In this document: piece by piece, positions 46,619 to 56,583 of the stretch | Layout: each line of letters begins with the position of its first letter | Numbering within the stretch: position 1 is the first letter of the stretch | Origin: a bacterium | Lineage (GTDB): Bacteria; Zhuqueibacterota; Zhuqueibacteria; Oceanimicrobiales; Oceanimicrobiaceae | NCBI GenBank assembly: GCA_046758365.1 | Contig: JBHIAC010000004.1 | Span: forward strand, 1 to 64,000 | Reading direction: 5' to 3' | DNA: 64,000 nucleotides | Program-made: the position numbers and the translations under genes | The notes under the pieces: model-generated | What the model saw: the letters and a program-made list of their open reading frames with translations, nothing else | The model's database searches: none | Told to the model about the DNA's origin: nothing

Positions 46619-47767
46619 ATGAAAGAGGCAGAAAAAAATCCCCATTCAGTCAAAAAAAACAATTTTGATTTCAGTAAATCAGGCCAAGATTTATTTGAAT
46701 CAAAAATAATAGAATTTCCACAAGAATTTCGCAAATCGCTTTTAGATCGTATAGATCAACGCTTTTTTGCAGTATTAATTGGTTCCTTTATACTTCACTT
46801 TGCTTTAGTGACCTATTTTTTGTTAAATCCGCCTCCCAAAGAGAAAACTTATAGTAGGATTGCCAAAATTCAAGAACGTTTAGCTAAAGCCTTAAAGCAG
46901 CGAGAAATGGCAATGGAAACGCAATTCGCTAAATTTGAATTTACTGAAAAGAAACCGGATGTAGAGAAAGAAGAGTTTGAAAAAGAGAGTTCAGAAACAA
47001 AGTTAGCCAAAAAGTCTACTGCCAAAGGTAAAGCTTCGAAAAAAACAAGACGGCAAACACTCCGACGAGGAAAAAGAAGTAGCGGGGGTGGTAAAGTTAA
47101 ATCGCAAGAAGAGATTGCAGATGCCATTGGTTCTAAAGGCATCCTGGCTTTACTGACGAGTACTAGTAGTATCGCCAGTGGAGAAGAGGTAGAAGATATT
47201 TTAGGTTTATCAGGTGAAAGTCAACAAGATTTAGATAAAGTTCTATCGAGTTTGTCTGGAATCAAATCAAGTGGTAAACCCACTGAAGGAAAGGGCGGAC
47301 CTGGAATTGGGAGTGCCTATGTTAAAGGGGGTCGTGCTGAAGGTGGTGGCGGAATAGATGACTTGGTTTCTAATTTAGGATCAACCAAGTCTAACTCATT
47401 TGAACGATCAGGCGAGTTGGTAGTGGTAAGTGAATCACCCCTCATTGAAGGAGGCGGTAAGAAGGGTATTGTGGGAAGAAATCAAGATGATATTCAGGCG
47501 GTCGTGTTAAAGCATAAACATGGAATTCAATACTGTTATGAACGGGAATTGAAAAGGAATCCGAATTTAAAGGGCAAACTGGTTGTTCGTTTTACTATCA
47601 CGTCCCAAGGAATAGTAAAAAGTGTGAAGATTGTTTCTTCTACTTTAAATAATCGTAAAGTTGAGCAATGTGTTATTAGAAGAATTCGGCGCTGGAATGA
47701 TTTTGGTTTTAATGATCCGTCTTTTGGCGACACCACTATACGCCAAGCTTTTGCTTTCGGTTATTAA
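46619..47767 (+). CDS. TonB-like energy transducer with AgmX/PglI-type C-terminal domain (GltG-like)
   Basis: TM with SxxxH, charged and Gly-rich linker, IQYCYERELKRNPNLKGKLVVRFTI...VEQC. Confidence 0.88.
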   Translation: MKEAEKNPHSVKKNNFDFSKSGQDLFESKIIEFPQEFRKSLLDRIDQRFFAVLIGSFILHFALVTYFLLNPPPKEKTYSRIAKIQERLAKALKQREMAMETQFAKFEFTEKKPDVEKEEFEKESSETKLAKKSTAKGKASKKTRRQTLRRGKRSSGGGKVKSQEEIADAIGSKGILALLTSTSSIASGEEVEDILGLSGESQQDLDKVLSSLSGIKSSGKPTEGKGGPGIGSAYVKGGRAEGGGGIDDLVSNLGSTKSNSFERSGELVVVSESPLIEGGGKKGIVGRNQDDIQAVVLKHKHGIQYCYERELKRNPNLKGKLVVRFTITSQGIVKSVKIVSSTLNNRKVEQCVIRRIRRWNDFGFNDPSFGDTTIRQAFAFGY

Positions 47768-47830
47768 TTACCCTTAATAGACCGGGGAGGGGAGGGTTAA
47801 GAATATATCGTTTAAAATATTAGTAACTTG

Positions 47831-47869
47831 AAAGCCGCCAGATTTAATAAAATCTATGGCGGTTTTTTT
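47831..47869 (+). terminator. Intrinsic terminator ending the TPR-motor cluster
   Basis: AAAGCCGCCA...TGGCGGTTTTTTT. Confidence 0.8.
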
Positions 47870-47947
47870 ATCTCCTTATAACAATTTTATATACTAATGG
47901 ATTGGAATGAATATTTATAAAATTTGATTTTGGGAGGGGTAATAAAG

Positions 47948-49720
47948 TTGGATAAAATGGAGGGATGGAAAAGAACCCATACCTGCGGAGAGTTGGGTAT
48001 AAAAAACTGTGGCCATGATGTAATTTTAATGGGATGGGTTCACCGTAGAAGAGATCATGGCGGATTAATTTTTATCGATTTAAGAGATCGTTACGGAATT
48101 ACTCAGGTGGTGTTTGATCCACAGATTTCCAATGAGTCCTACCTACGTGCCAAGGAGTTGCGTGGCGAGTTTGTAATAGCAATTAAGGGAGTAGTCCAAA
48201 AAAGACCTGAAGGAATGGTTAATCCTAATATAATAACAGGTACAATCGAAGTATCAGCTCAAAATCTTAAAATATTAAATAAATCCAAAACGCCTCCATT
48301 TGGTATTGATGACAATGTAGAAGCCTCTGAGGAATTGCGTTTAAAATACCGTTATATTGATCTTAGAAATACTGAGATGCAGAAAAGTTTATGCATCAGG
48401 CACAAAACTTACCAGATAGTAAGGTCGTATTTTGATCGCCATGGATTCTTAGAAATTGAAACTCCTTATCTGATGCGAAGCACTCCTGAAGGTGCAAGGG
48501 ATTATTTAGTTCCCAGCAGAATACATAAGAGCAAGTTTTATGCGCTGCCTCAAAGTCCTCAAACCTATAAACAAATTCTCATGATTGCTGGTCTGGATCG
48601 ATATTTTCAGATTGTCCGTTGCTTTAGAGATGAAGACCTCCGTGCAGACCGACAGCCGGAATTCACCCAAATAGATGTAGAAATGTCTTTCGTAGGAGTC
48701 GATGATGTTCTACAAATGGTTGAAGGATTGATGGTAGATATTTTCAAAAAAATATTAGAGATAGATATTGAAGAACCCTTTCCTCGATTTACTTATGAAG
48801 AAGCCATGACAAAGTATGGCACCGATAAGCCAGATATTCGCTTTGGAATGGAAATTGTAGATATTAGCAATCTAGTGAAAAAGTGCAATTTTAAAGTATT
48901 TACTGAAAGTCTAAAATCAGGGGGCATCGTTTGCGGTTTAGTAATGCCAAACGGCGCAAATTTTTCTCGAAAACGGATTGAGCAATTAACAAAATCATTG
49001 GTGAATGAAGGGGCAAAAGGATTAGTTGCCATTAAATTATCCCAAAACGGTTGGGATTCCCCATTAATAAAATTATTTCCACACGATACTATTAATAAAA
49101 TCAATCAGGCTTTTGTTGCGAAAGCTGGAGACCTGCTTCTTTTAATTGCGGATGAAAAATTTAAGGCATTATCATTAGCGGGATTCTTGAGGCAAAAATT
49201 AGCTGAAGAAGAGAATTTGATTCCTGAACGAGAATTTAAACATGTATGGATTGTTAATTTTCCTCTTTTAGAATTTGAACCGAAGGAAAATAGATTTGTG
49301 GCGCGTCATCATCCTTTTACAGCACCTCTGGACCAAGACTTGAAACTATTAGAGAAAAATCCCGAAAAGGTGAGAGCAAAATCTTATGATTTGGTATTAA
49401 ATGGCTATGAAATAGCTGGAGGTAGCATCCGAATTCATAATCGAGATTTGCAAAATAAAGTGTTCGGTTTACTTAATATTTCAGAAAAAGAGGCTCAAAA
49501 CAAGTTTGGATTTCTATTGGAAGCATTTGAATGCGGCGCACCCCCTCATGGTGGCATTGCATTTGGCTTTGACCGCTTGGTGATGTTATTGGCCAATAAA
49601 AAGTCCATTCGAGAAGTCATTGCCTTTCCAAAAACTAATAGTACTCTGTCACTTATGGATGGGGCTCCTTCTGAAGTTACGCAAATGCAACTTCAAGAAT
49701 TAGGTTTGAAAATAGTGTAA
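47948..49720 (+). CDS. aspS: Aspartate--tRNA ligase (RRDHGG suggests the non-discriminating type)
   Basis: RTHTCGEL, PQSPQ, FRDEDLRADRQPEFTQ, GAPPHGG. Confidence 0.97.
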   Translation: MDKMEGWKRTHTCGELGIKNCGHDVILMGWVHRRRDHGGLIFIDLRDRYGITQVVFDPQISNESYLRAKELRGEFVIAIKGVVQKRPEGMVNPNIITGTIEVSAQNLKILNKSKTPPFGIDDNVEASEELRLKYRYIDLRNTEMQKSLCIRHKTYQIVRSYFDRHGFLEIETPYLMRSTPEGARDYLVPSRIHKSKFYALPQSPQTYKQILMIAGLDRYFQIVRCFRDEDLRADRQPEFTQIDVEMSFVGVDDVLQMVEGLMVDIFKKILEIDIEEPFPRFTYEEAMTKYGTDKPDIRFGMEIVDISNLVKKCNFKVFTESLKSGGIVCGLVMPNGANFSRKRIEQLTKSLVNEGAKGLVAIKLSQNGWDSPLIKLFPHDTINKINQAFVAKAGDLLLLIADEKFKALSLAGFLRQKLAEEENLIPEREFKHVWIVNFPLLEFEPKENRFVARHHPFTAPLDQDLKLLEKNPEKVRAKSYDLVLNGYEIAGGSIRIHNRDLQNKVFGLLNISEKEAQNKFGFLLEAFECGAPPHGGIAFGFDRLVMLLANKKSIREVIAFPKTNSTLSLMDGAPSEVTQMQLQELGLKIV

Positions 49721-49732
49721 ATTATTTTTTTC

Positions 49733-49761
49733 TTGACATTTAGATTTTTTTTTGTTATTAT
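49733..49761 (+). promoter_or_regulatory. Sigma-70-like promoter
   Basis: TTGACA-17 bp-TATTAT with TG extended -10. Confidence 0.6.
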
Positions 49762-49867
49762 TGCTTTTGTGATTGAATATTATTAGTATGAGATGTAGAA
49801 TTAATACTAATAAAAACCTAGTATTTAAATAACCCCAAAAAGACTCGGAGAGGAGGTGAACTGATTT

Positions 49868-50137
49868 ATGAAAAAATTATCGAAATTTTTATTGCTGTCA
49901 GTTAGTACGTTATTTGTTCTTTCCTCTTTCTCTTTAATTGGCTGCACCAAACATCCAAGCACTGAACAACTGCAAGCATTAGATGAACAAAAAAATGCTG
50001 CTTTGTCAGCAGAAAATACTTTAGAGGAGAGAAGACAAGAGAAGAGTAAGCAAGAAAGTGAATTAAATAAAAAGAAAAAAGAATTACAAGATACTAAGAA
50101 GGAACTGGAAGAAGTAAAAAAACGGATTGTTGAGTAA
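49868..50137 (+). CDS. Small coiled-coil lipoprotein
   Basis: Lipobox LIGC, AGGAGGTGA RBS, charged heptads. Confidence 0.85.
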   Translation: MKKLSKFLLLSVSTLFVLSSFSLIGCTKHPSTEQLQALDEQKNAALSAENTLEERRQEKSKQESELNKKKKELQDTKKELEEVKKRIVE

Positions 50138-50179
50138 TTCAGATTTTTTACCTATTATTCCAAAGTAAGGAGGGCTAAT

Positions 50180-51028
50180 ATGAAAGCTGTGACCAAAACT
50201 CTCTTTGCCTTCTCTATAATGGTTGTACTTTTTTTGGCCTCTGGGTATAACATGAGCCTTGCCCAAGAGATGACGATGAAAGAGTACAATGCCCAGTTGC
50301 AAGAGTGGGCAAATCGGGAGACAGCAGCGAAAGATGAAATTGCTAAATTAGACAGCGAGATTGAATCGCTTAACTCCCAAATTTCTGATATGGACGCTCA
50401 AATTAAAGATGTTTGGGCAGAAATTTACAATGTTATTGGTACCACCGAAGAGGAAGTAAATGCTTTCCGTCAACAACTAAATGGTCTGGAAAATGAATTA
50501 AACGCCTTGGGTGCTTTATCACCAGAAGATTTATTTAAAAGACGGAAGGAAATGGATGCCATTGAAGAAAAACTTCAAGAGCATAAAAAGAGTAGAATTG
50601 CTGTATTAACTGAAATGCAAGATAAAATAGCCAGCCTCGATGGTAAAATTGCACAGCTCAGATCAAGAATGCCAAAGGCTATTTATGATGAATACACGGT
50701 TGTTCGTGGCGATTATCTCTGGAGAGTTTCCAAAAAGCCTGATATATACGGAGATCCCTTCCAATGGATCCGAATATATTCTTACAATCGCGACCAGATA
50801 AAAGATCCTGATTTGATTTATCCTGATCAAATCTTTAAGATTCAAAGGGAAGTCGGACCCAATGAATATTTGGTAGGTCGGGGTGAAAGCTTGACTAAGA
50901 TATCTGGTAGCGTAGAGGTATTGGGTGATCCAACCAAATGGCGAGCACTATATGAGGCCAATAAAGACGTCATTGGGGATGATCCTAGTTTTATTTATCC
51001 TTATCAGGTATTGACTATTCCTCAATAG
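50180..51028 (+). CDS. Secreted coiled-coil protein with two LysM domains
   Basis: Signal peptide, long coiled coil, YTVVRGDYLW...IYPDQ and YLVGRGESL...IYPYQVLTIP. Confidence 0.92.
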   Translation: MKAVTKTLFAFSIMVVLFLASGYNMSLAQEMTMKEYNAQLQEWANRETAAKDEIAKLDSEIESLNSQISDMDAQIKDVWAEIYNVIGTTEEEVNAFRQQLNGLENELNALGALSPEDLFKRRKEMDAIEEKLQEHKKSRIAVLTEMQDKIASLDGKIAQLRSRMPKAIYDEYTVVRGDYLWRVSKKPDIYGDPFQWIRIYSYNRDQIKDPDLIYPDQIFKIQREVGPNEYLVGRGESLTKISGSVEVLGDPTKWRALYEANKDVIGDDPSFIYPYQVLTIPQ

Positions 51029-51135
51029 TTAAGTAAAATTAGTAGGTATCTCGGGTTATCTTAAAATATCTGTTTTCATTTAGTGCCCAAATATATGAGT
51101 TTTTAATAAACTGTGTTGTAATTTTTGTTAATTAT

Positions 51136-51186
51136 AAGCTCTTGTATCGATGGTGAAAAATATCCATACGGTCAAGAGCTTTTTTT
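51136..51186 (+). terminator. Intrinsic terminator-like hairpin
   Basis: AAGCTCTTG...CAAGAGCTT plus T-run. Confidence 0.7.
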
Positions 51187-51215
51187 GTTAATTATATCAA
51201 ATAATTGAAATAAAA

Positions 51216-52205
51216 TTGAACAATTCAAAAAAAGTCCAAAAAAGAATTTCAATAAAGGGCGTCGATCAGCTTAAACTTTTCGGGTTTCAGGATAACTATT
51301 TAAAAATTCTTCAGAAGGAATTTAATGCAAAAATTGTTGCCCGAGGCAGTGAATTAATTTTAGAGGGCGAACCCGCAGATGTTGAGATTCTTCAAAAAGT
51401 TTTTTATGAATTAATTTTGATGGTCACACGTGATCAAGACATCTCAGAGAAAGATATAGAAACAATTTTAGAACTTGTGAAAAATAAAAGTTCCAAGAGT
51501 ATCCAAAATTTCGAACTTACCGATTCGGTTATTCTTTACACAAAAAATGGATTTATAAAGCCGAAAAGTTTGGGCCAAAGAACTTTTTATGAATCATCAA
51601 TAAAGAATGATATTGTTTTTGTTATTGGTCCAGCGGGAACTGGAAAAACATATTTAGCAGTGGCCATAGCTGTGGCTGCGCTACGAGACCGAGAAATTGA
51701 TAAACTCATTTTAACAAGACCTGCTGTTGAAGCTGGTGAAAGTTTAGGCTTTTTACCTGGTGATTTTAGAGAAAAAGTAGATCCATATCTTCGACCTCTT
51801 TATGATGCGCTTTCCAACATGATACCTTCGGATAAACTCAAAAGATATTTAGAAACCCGTGTGATAGAAATCGTACCTTTGGCTTACATGCGGGGTCGTA
51901 CACTGGACAATGCTTTTGTTATATTAGATGAAGCTCAGAACACATCCTTTAATCAGATGAAAATGTTTTTAACTCGCTTGGGCATAAATTCCAAAGCCAT
52001 AATTACAGGCGACATCACACAAATTGATTTACCCAATTCTAAACTTTCTGGTCTTGTTCAGATTCAATCAATACTATCTGAAATAGAGGGAATTGAATTC
52101 ATTTATTTGACTGAACGTGATGTTGTTCGCCATCGCTTAGTGCGCGACATTATACAGGCTTATGATGCCTATGAAAGTATGAATGACATAGGGGTAAAAA
52201 GGTAA
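51216..52205 (+). CDS. phoH: PhoH family protein (YbeZ-like)
   Basis: GPAGTGKTYLA, RPAVEAGE, YMRGRTL, DEAQN. Confidence 0.95.
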   Translation: MNNSKKVQKRISIKGVDQLKLFGFQDNYLKILQKEFNAKIVARGSELILEGEPADVEILQKVFYELILMVTRDQDISEKDIETILELVKNKSSKSIQNFELTDSVILYTKNGFIKPKSLGQRTFYESSIKNDIVFVIGPAGTGKTYLAVAIAVAALRDREIDKLILTRPAVEAGESLGFLPGDFREKVDPYLRPLYDALSNMIPSDKLKRYLETRVIEIVPLAYMRGRTLDNAFVILDEAQNTSFNQMKMFLTRLGINSKAIITGDITQIDLPNSKLSGLVQIQSILSEIEGIEFIYLTERDVVRHRLVRDIIQAYDAYESMNDIGVKR

Positions 52206-52211
52206 CTAAAG

Positions 52212-52263
52212 GACGTTGGATACATCCCATAGGATATTTATCCAACGGGAGAGACCCTACGTC
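52212..52263. mobile_element. MITE family B, 52-bp diverged copy
   Basis: GACGTTGG ... CCTACGTC, flanks CTAAAG/CTAAAA, internal hairpin CGTTGGATA/TATCCAACG. Confidence 0.65.
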
Positions 52264-52340
52264 CTAAAAGTTGATTATCCAGTTATTGCACCAATGCCAT
52301 GAATAATATTAAGAAACAACCATAGATTCGGAGTTTTTAC

Positions 52341-54710
52341 TTGTCAAAGATTGCTAAGATAGCTTCTAATATTCAAAAAGTCTATCAGGAATCACTGAAA
52401 ACCTTAAGAGGTTATATAGTTTGGCGTTTTACCCCACAGCTTCTAATGGGTTTAGTGATTGTAGTAACCACTACCTTTATGTTCCCTCACAACCAGTCTT
52501 ATCAATTTGTGGATTTAAAAGAAGGAGACGTTTATACTGATGAGGAAGTAATCGCTCCGTTTACGTTTTTTATTAATAAAAGTGAGGAAGAGTATAACCG
52601 CGATAAAAAAATAGCTGCAGAAAAAGTACCACCTATATTTGTCCGTAAGGATAGCATTGAGATAGAGGCAATAGAAAAATTAGATCAACTAATTCAAAAA
52701 ATAGATGAAATTCGTAATTCTGTATATTCTGATTCGATAAAAATACGAAGAATAAAAGAAGTTTTAAATGATTATTCAATCATAATAGAACAAGAAAATA
52801 TTGCCTTTTTATTAACCGACAAGATCGAGACAAAAACTAACTCCATCCCCAGTAAACATCTAGCAAATAAACGAATAAATTCTAAAAAAAAGACAAACAC
52901 AAATTCAAATTTTTATTTTAAAATATTTATTAGAAATATTAAAAGAATTTTGACCGATATTTATACGATTGGTATAATAAATATTGGACCAAATGATATT
53001 CCTGCTCATGTAGTAAAAATTTCTGTAATCTCAGAAAATGCTGAATATTTGGAAGATTTAAATAATTTTTATATATATGCAGATAGAGATCGCATCTTAC
53101 AGGATAAACTTCAGCAAGCTTTCCCTGAGCAGAATGCCATATTTAAACTTGGTTATTTAATTATTAGATCTTTTTTACAGCCCAATATGATTTATAATGA
53201 AGTCGAAACTGAATTCAGAATTCAAGAAGCCAAAAGTAAGGTACCGCTGGCCAAAGGAACGGTTCTTGAGAACGAAAGAATTATAAATACTCATGAAATA
53301 ATTACAAAGGAATCATTAGAAAAGTTAAAATCATTAGCTGAAGCCAAAGCGGAAAAAGAATATAGAGAAGGTGGTTTCAAATTGATTTTGCCCTACTTGG
53401 GAAGAGTTTTAATTCTTTGTCTCTCTTTATCTTTTATTGTAATGTTTCTTTTAGTTTCTAGAAAAGAGATTTACAGTAATGTCAAAAAGATGTTGATGAT
53501 TTTCATCATCTTTATGATTATACTTTTTATCACATATCTTAGTAATCAATTCGAATTTTCCAAATACCTCATTCCTATTACCATTGCTTCTATGCTTCTT
53601 ACCATTTTTTATGATACAAGAACAGCTTTTATTGGAACGGTCACATTGAGCATATTAATTGGTGCATTAAGAGGCAACGAATTTGGAATTATGATCATAT
53701 CACTTTTTGTAGGAACTATTTCAACTTTTGCTGTTCGAGAAATCCAAGCACGTTCATGGATATTGAAAGGTATTTTATCTATTACTGGAGCCTATATTTT
53801 ATCGATTGGCACCTTGGAGTTTATAAGGAATACCTCAATTATGGAAATATTGAAATATTGGGGCTACGGTGGGCTCAACGGGTTGCTCTCTCCTATTATG
53901 ACATATGGACTCATGATTATTTTCGAATATCTATTCAAAATGACCACAGATTCCACTTTATTGGAATTATCAGATTTGAATAAACCACTACTACGTGAAT
54001 TAGCTATTCGTGCACCAGGTACTTATCATCATAGTATTATGGTTGGAAATCTGTCAGAAACTGCGGCGGAAGCCATAGGGGCCAATGCTTTATTGGCTAG
54101 AGTTGGATCATATTACCATGATATTGGCAAAATGGAGAAACCCGAATACTTTGTTGAAAACCAAAAAGGGGGTAAAAATCCACATGAAAAGCTTACCCCA
54201 AATATGAGCTGTTTGATTTTGATTAATCATGTTAAAAGAGGGCTTGATATTGCTGAAAATTATACTCTTCCAAAGGAAATTCGGGATTTTATTCCGCAGC
54301 ATCATGGCACTAATTTGATTAGTATCTTTTATAAGAAAGCTTTAGAAATGAATGAGGGAATTGAAGTTAATGAAGCAAATTTTCGATATCCAGGTCCAAA
54401 ACCGAAAACGAAAGAAACGGGTATTGTTATGTTGGCTGATGGAGTAGAAGCAGCTTCTCGAACTTTACAAGATCCTACCGTGAGTAGAATTAGAAGTATG
54501 GTACATGCAATTATTCAAGAAAGATTAGCAGATGCCGAATTAAATGAAAGCCCTTTAACTCTAAGAGATTTAAATCTCATTCAAGAGAGCTTTGTAACTC
54601 ATTTAACTGGTATTTTTCATGGGCGAATTGAATATCCAGAACAAGAAAAAAAAATCTTCCGAAAAAGTAGTAAAAAATCAAAAAAGAAATCTCTTGAAGC
54701 TTCAAGTTAA
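52341..54710 (+). CDS. 7TM-HD family phosphohydrolase (PgpH-like)
   Basis: Extracytoplasmic domain, TM bundle, APGTYHHS, YHDIGK, HHGT, MLAD. Confidence 0.93.
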   Translation: MSKIAKIASNIQKVYQESLKTLRGYIVWRFTPQLLMGLVIVVTTTFMFPHNQSYQFVDLKEGDVYTDEEVIAPFTFFINKSEEEYNRDKKIAAEKVPPIFVRKDSIEIEAIEKLDQLIQKIDEIRNSVYSDSIKIRRIKEVLNDYSIIIEQENIAFLLTDKIETKTNSIPSKHLANKRINSKKKTNTNSNFYFKIFIRNIKRILTDIYTIGIINIGPNDIPAHVVKISVISENAEYLEDLNNFYIYADRDRILQDKLQQAFPEQNAIFKLGYLIIRSFLQPNMIYNEVETEFRIQEAKSKVPLAKGTVLENERIINTHEIITKESLEKLKSLAEAKAEKEYREGGFKLILPYLGRVLILCLSLSFIVMFLLVSRKEIYSNVKKMLMIFIIFMIILFITYLSNQFEFSKYLIPITIASMLLTIFYDTRTAFIGTVTLSILIGALRGNEFGIMIISLFVGTISTFAVREIQARSWILKGILSITGAYILSIGTLEFIRNTSIMEILKYWGYGGLNGLLSPIMTYGLMIIFEYLFKMTTDSTLLELSDLNKPLLRELAIRAPGTYHHSIMVGNLSETAAEAIGANALLARVGSYYHDIGKMEKPEYFVENQKGGKNPHEKLTPNMSCLILINHVKRGLDIAENYTLPKEIRDFIPQHHGTNLISIFYKKALEMNEGIEVNEANFRYPGPKPKTKETGIVMLADGVEAASRTLQDPTVSRIRSMVHAIIQERLADAELNESPLTLRDLNLIQESFVTHLTGIFHGRIEYPEQEKKIFRKSSKKSKKKSLEASS

Positions 54711-55110
54711 AGTTCATAACCCTTATACTAAAAAAATAGACCTAGTTGAAATTGAAAATATTGCGAAAAAAGTCTGGTATAGGGAAAGTCATGTTGATGG
54801 TTATATTGAAATAATTTTGGTAAATGATGAGTATATAAAAGATTTAAATAAAAAATTTTTAAACAAAAACTCACCTACTGATGTAATTGCCTTTCATTTT
54901 TCTAAAGAAAAGGATAAATTATTTGAAGGAGAAATTTATATCAGCTTAGACAGAGTCAAGGAACAGGCTTGTAGGTATAACGTAAAACTAAAAGAAGAGT
55001 TGCATAGGATGGTTATTCATGGAATTTTGCATTTTTTAGGCTATGGGGATAAGAATGAAAAAGAGAAACAGATTATGACAAATCGAGAGAATTACTACTT
55101 GACGATTTAA
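54694..55110 (+). CDS. ybeY: rRNA maturation RNase YbeY
   Basis: PTDVIAF, GEIYIS, HGILHFLGY; start uncertain. Confidence 0.92.
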   Translation: MKLQVKVHNPYTKKIDLVEIENIAKKVWYRESHVDGYIEIILVNDEYIKDLNKKFLNKNSPTDVIAFHFSKEKDKLFEGEIYISLDRVKEQACRYNVKLKEELHRMVIHGILHFLGYGDKNEKEKQIMTNRENYYLTI

Positions 55111-55217
55111 ACGATAAAACCTCATAAAAAAATTCATACATGTTAACTAGTTTTTTTATGACAATCTCTAACTTTATTTAAGTTTTTTGAAAATTAAAAC
55201 AAGGAAATAATATTCAT

Positions 55218-56534
55218 TTGGATCCAGATTCATTTATATTAATATTAATTGTTTTTTTAATTCTTATTTTACTTTCTACATTTTTTTCTGGAACAGAAAC
55301 CGCTTATTTTTCTCTTACTGAAGTTGATCTTCAAGAACTGAGAAAAAAAGCCACAAAAAGATCCTGCCGGACCGTAAAACTTCTCAGCAATCCCAAAACA
55401 ATTTTTATTGCTATCCGAATCGGTGCCCTGACTATTAATATTGCATTAATTGGTGTGGGGATACTTTTAGCTGAATTTATCACGCGTTTTAGTGATATTT
55501 CTTTTGCACTCACTTTGTTTATCATGGTGTGTATAGTTGCATTTATTCTATTTATAATTAATGAATTATGGGTGAAGCTTTTTGTTCTTAGTTATAACCG
55601 AACTTATGCTGAACTTGTTTCTTTCCCCCTAATGTTATTTTATTTAATGATATTGCCAATAGCAAACATTATTGCCAAACTTGTATTTTTTTTATCGTCA
55701 AAGCTAAAGGTTTCAAGCAAAAGCACCTTTTTCAATCATCAAAAAATCATGGCATTAGTTGAAGAGAACGAAGAAATAGGCAACCTTGAAGAAAATGAAC
55801 GTGAAATGATTCATTCGATTTTTGAATTTGGTGAAACTGAGGTACACGAAATTATGGTGCCTCGAACAGATATGGTTTGTGTTGAAGAAGGTACAAGTTT
55901 AAAGGAATTGACCAAGCTCATCAAAAATAAAGGTCATAGTAGAATTCCTCTCTATGGTAAAGGGGTTGATAATATTGTGGGTATTATTCACGCCAAAGAC
56001 CTTCTGCCATATATTATTAATGAAGGCTTCAAAAAACTAGATTTAAAATCCTTAGCTAGACCTGTTTATTTTGTGCCTGAAAGTAAAAAATTACAAAATT
56101 TACTAAAAGAATTTCAACAGGAAAAATCTCATATGGCCATTGTAGTGGATGAATACGGTGGTACAGCGGGATTGGTAACCCTTGAAGATGTTATCGAAGA
56201 AATTGTAGGAGATATTCAAGATGAATATGACCAAGAACCTCCCTTGTATCTTAAATTAGATGAAAATAGTTTTTTAGTAGATGCAAAAATCGATTTGCAC
56301 GAGTTAAACGAAGAGCTTGGGATTGATCTTCCTACCAAAGGTGAATATGAAAGTTTAGGTGGCTTTATTTTGTTTTTGACGGGATACGTTCCAGAAGAAA
56401 ATGAAATTGTGAAATATAAGTGCTACTCATTTATTGTAGATAAAGTTATTGGCAACCGAATTGTTCGTATTAAACTTTCAATTGATAAACCACTGTTGGA
56501 GGATGTGGATCAATCAAAAGATAATGATGCTTAG
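55218..56534 (+). CDS. CNNM/hemolysin-family DUF21-CBS-CorC protein
   Basis: FFSGTETAYFSL, IMVPR, HSRIP, VDEYGGTAGLVTLED. Confidence 0.93.
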   Translation: MDPDSFILILIVFLILILLSTFFSGTETAYFSLTEVDLQELRKKATKRSCRTVKLLSNPKTIFIAIRIGALTINIALIGVGILLAEFITRFSDISFALTLFIMVCIVAFILFIINELWVKLFVLSYNRTYAELVSFPLMLFYLMILPIANIIAKLVFFLSSKLKVSSKSTFFNHQKIMALVEENEEIGNLEENEREMIHSIFEFGETEVHEIMVPRTDMVCVEEGTSLKELTKLIKNKGHSRIPLYGKGVDNIVGIIHAKDLLPYIINEGFKKLDLKSLARPVYFVPESKKLQNLLKEFQQEKSHMAIVVDEYGGTAGLVTLEDVIEEIVGDIQDEYDQEPPLYLKLDENSFLVDAKIDLHELNEELGIDLPTKGEYESLGGFILFLTGYVPEENEIVKYKCYSFIVDKVIGNRIVRIKLSIDKPLLEDVDQSKDNDA

Positions 56535-56558
56535 TGAAATTTAAAGATTTGAATAAAT

Positions 56559-56583
56559 GACGTAGGTGCAAAGCACCAACGTC
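56559..56583. mobile_element. MITE family B, minimal 25-bp copy with 6-bp target duplication ATAAAT
   Basis: ATAAAT-GACGTAGGTGCAAAGCACCAACGTC-ATAAAT. Confidence 0.75.

Noticed and set aside
44812..47767. Ordinary Tol-Pal or TonB uptake locus
   Set aside because: No TolB, Pal or TonB-dependent receptor; has two ExbD genes, an AgmX/PglI-type C-terminus and giant TPR partners
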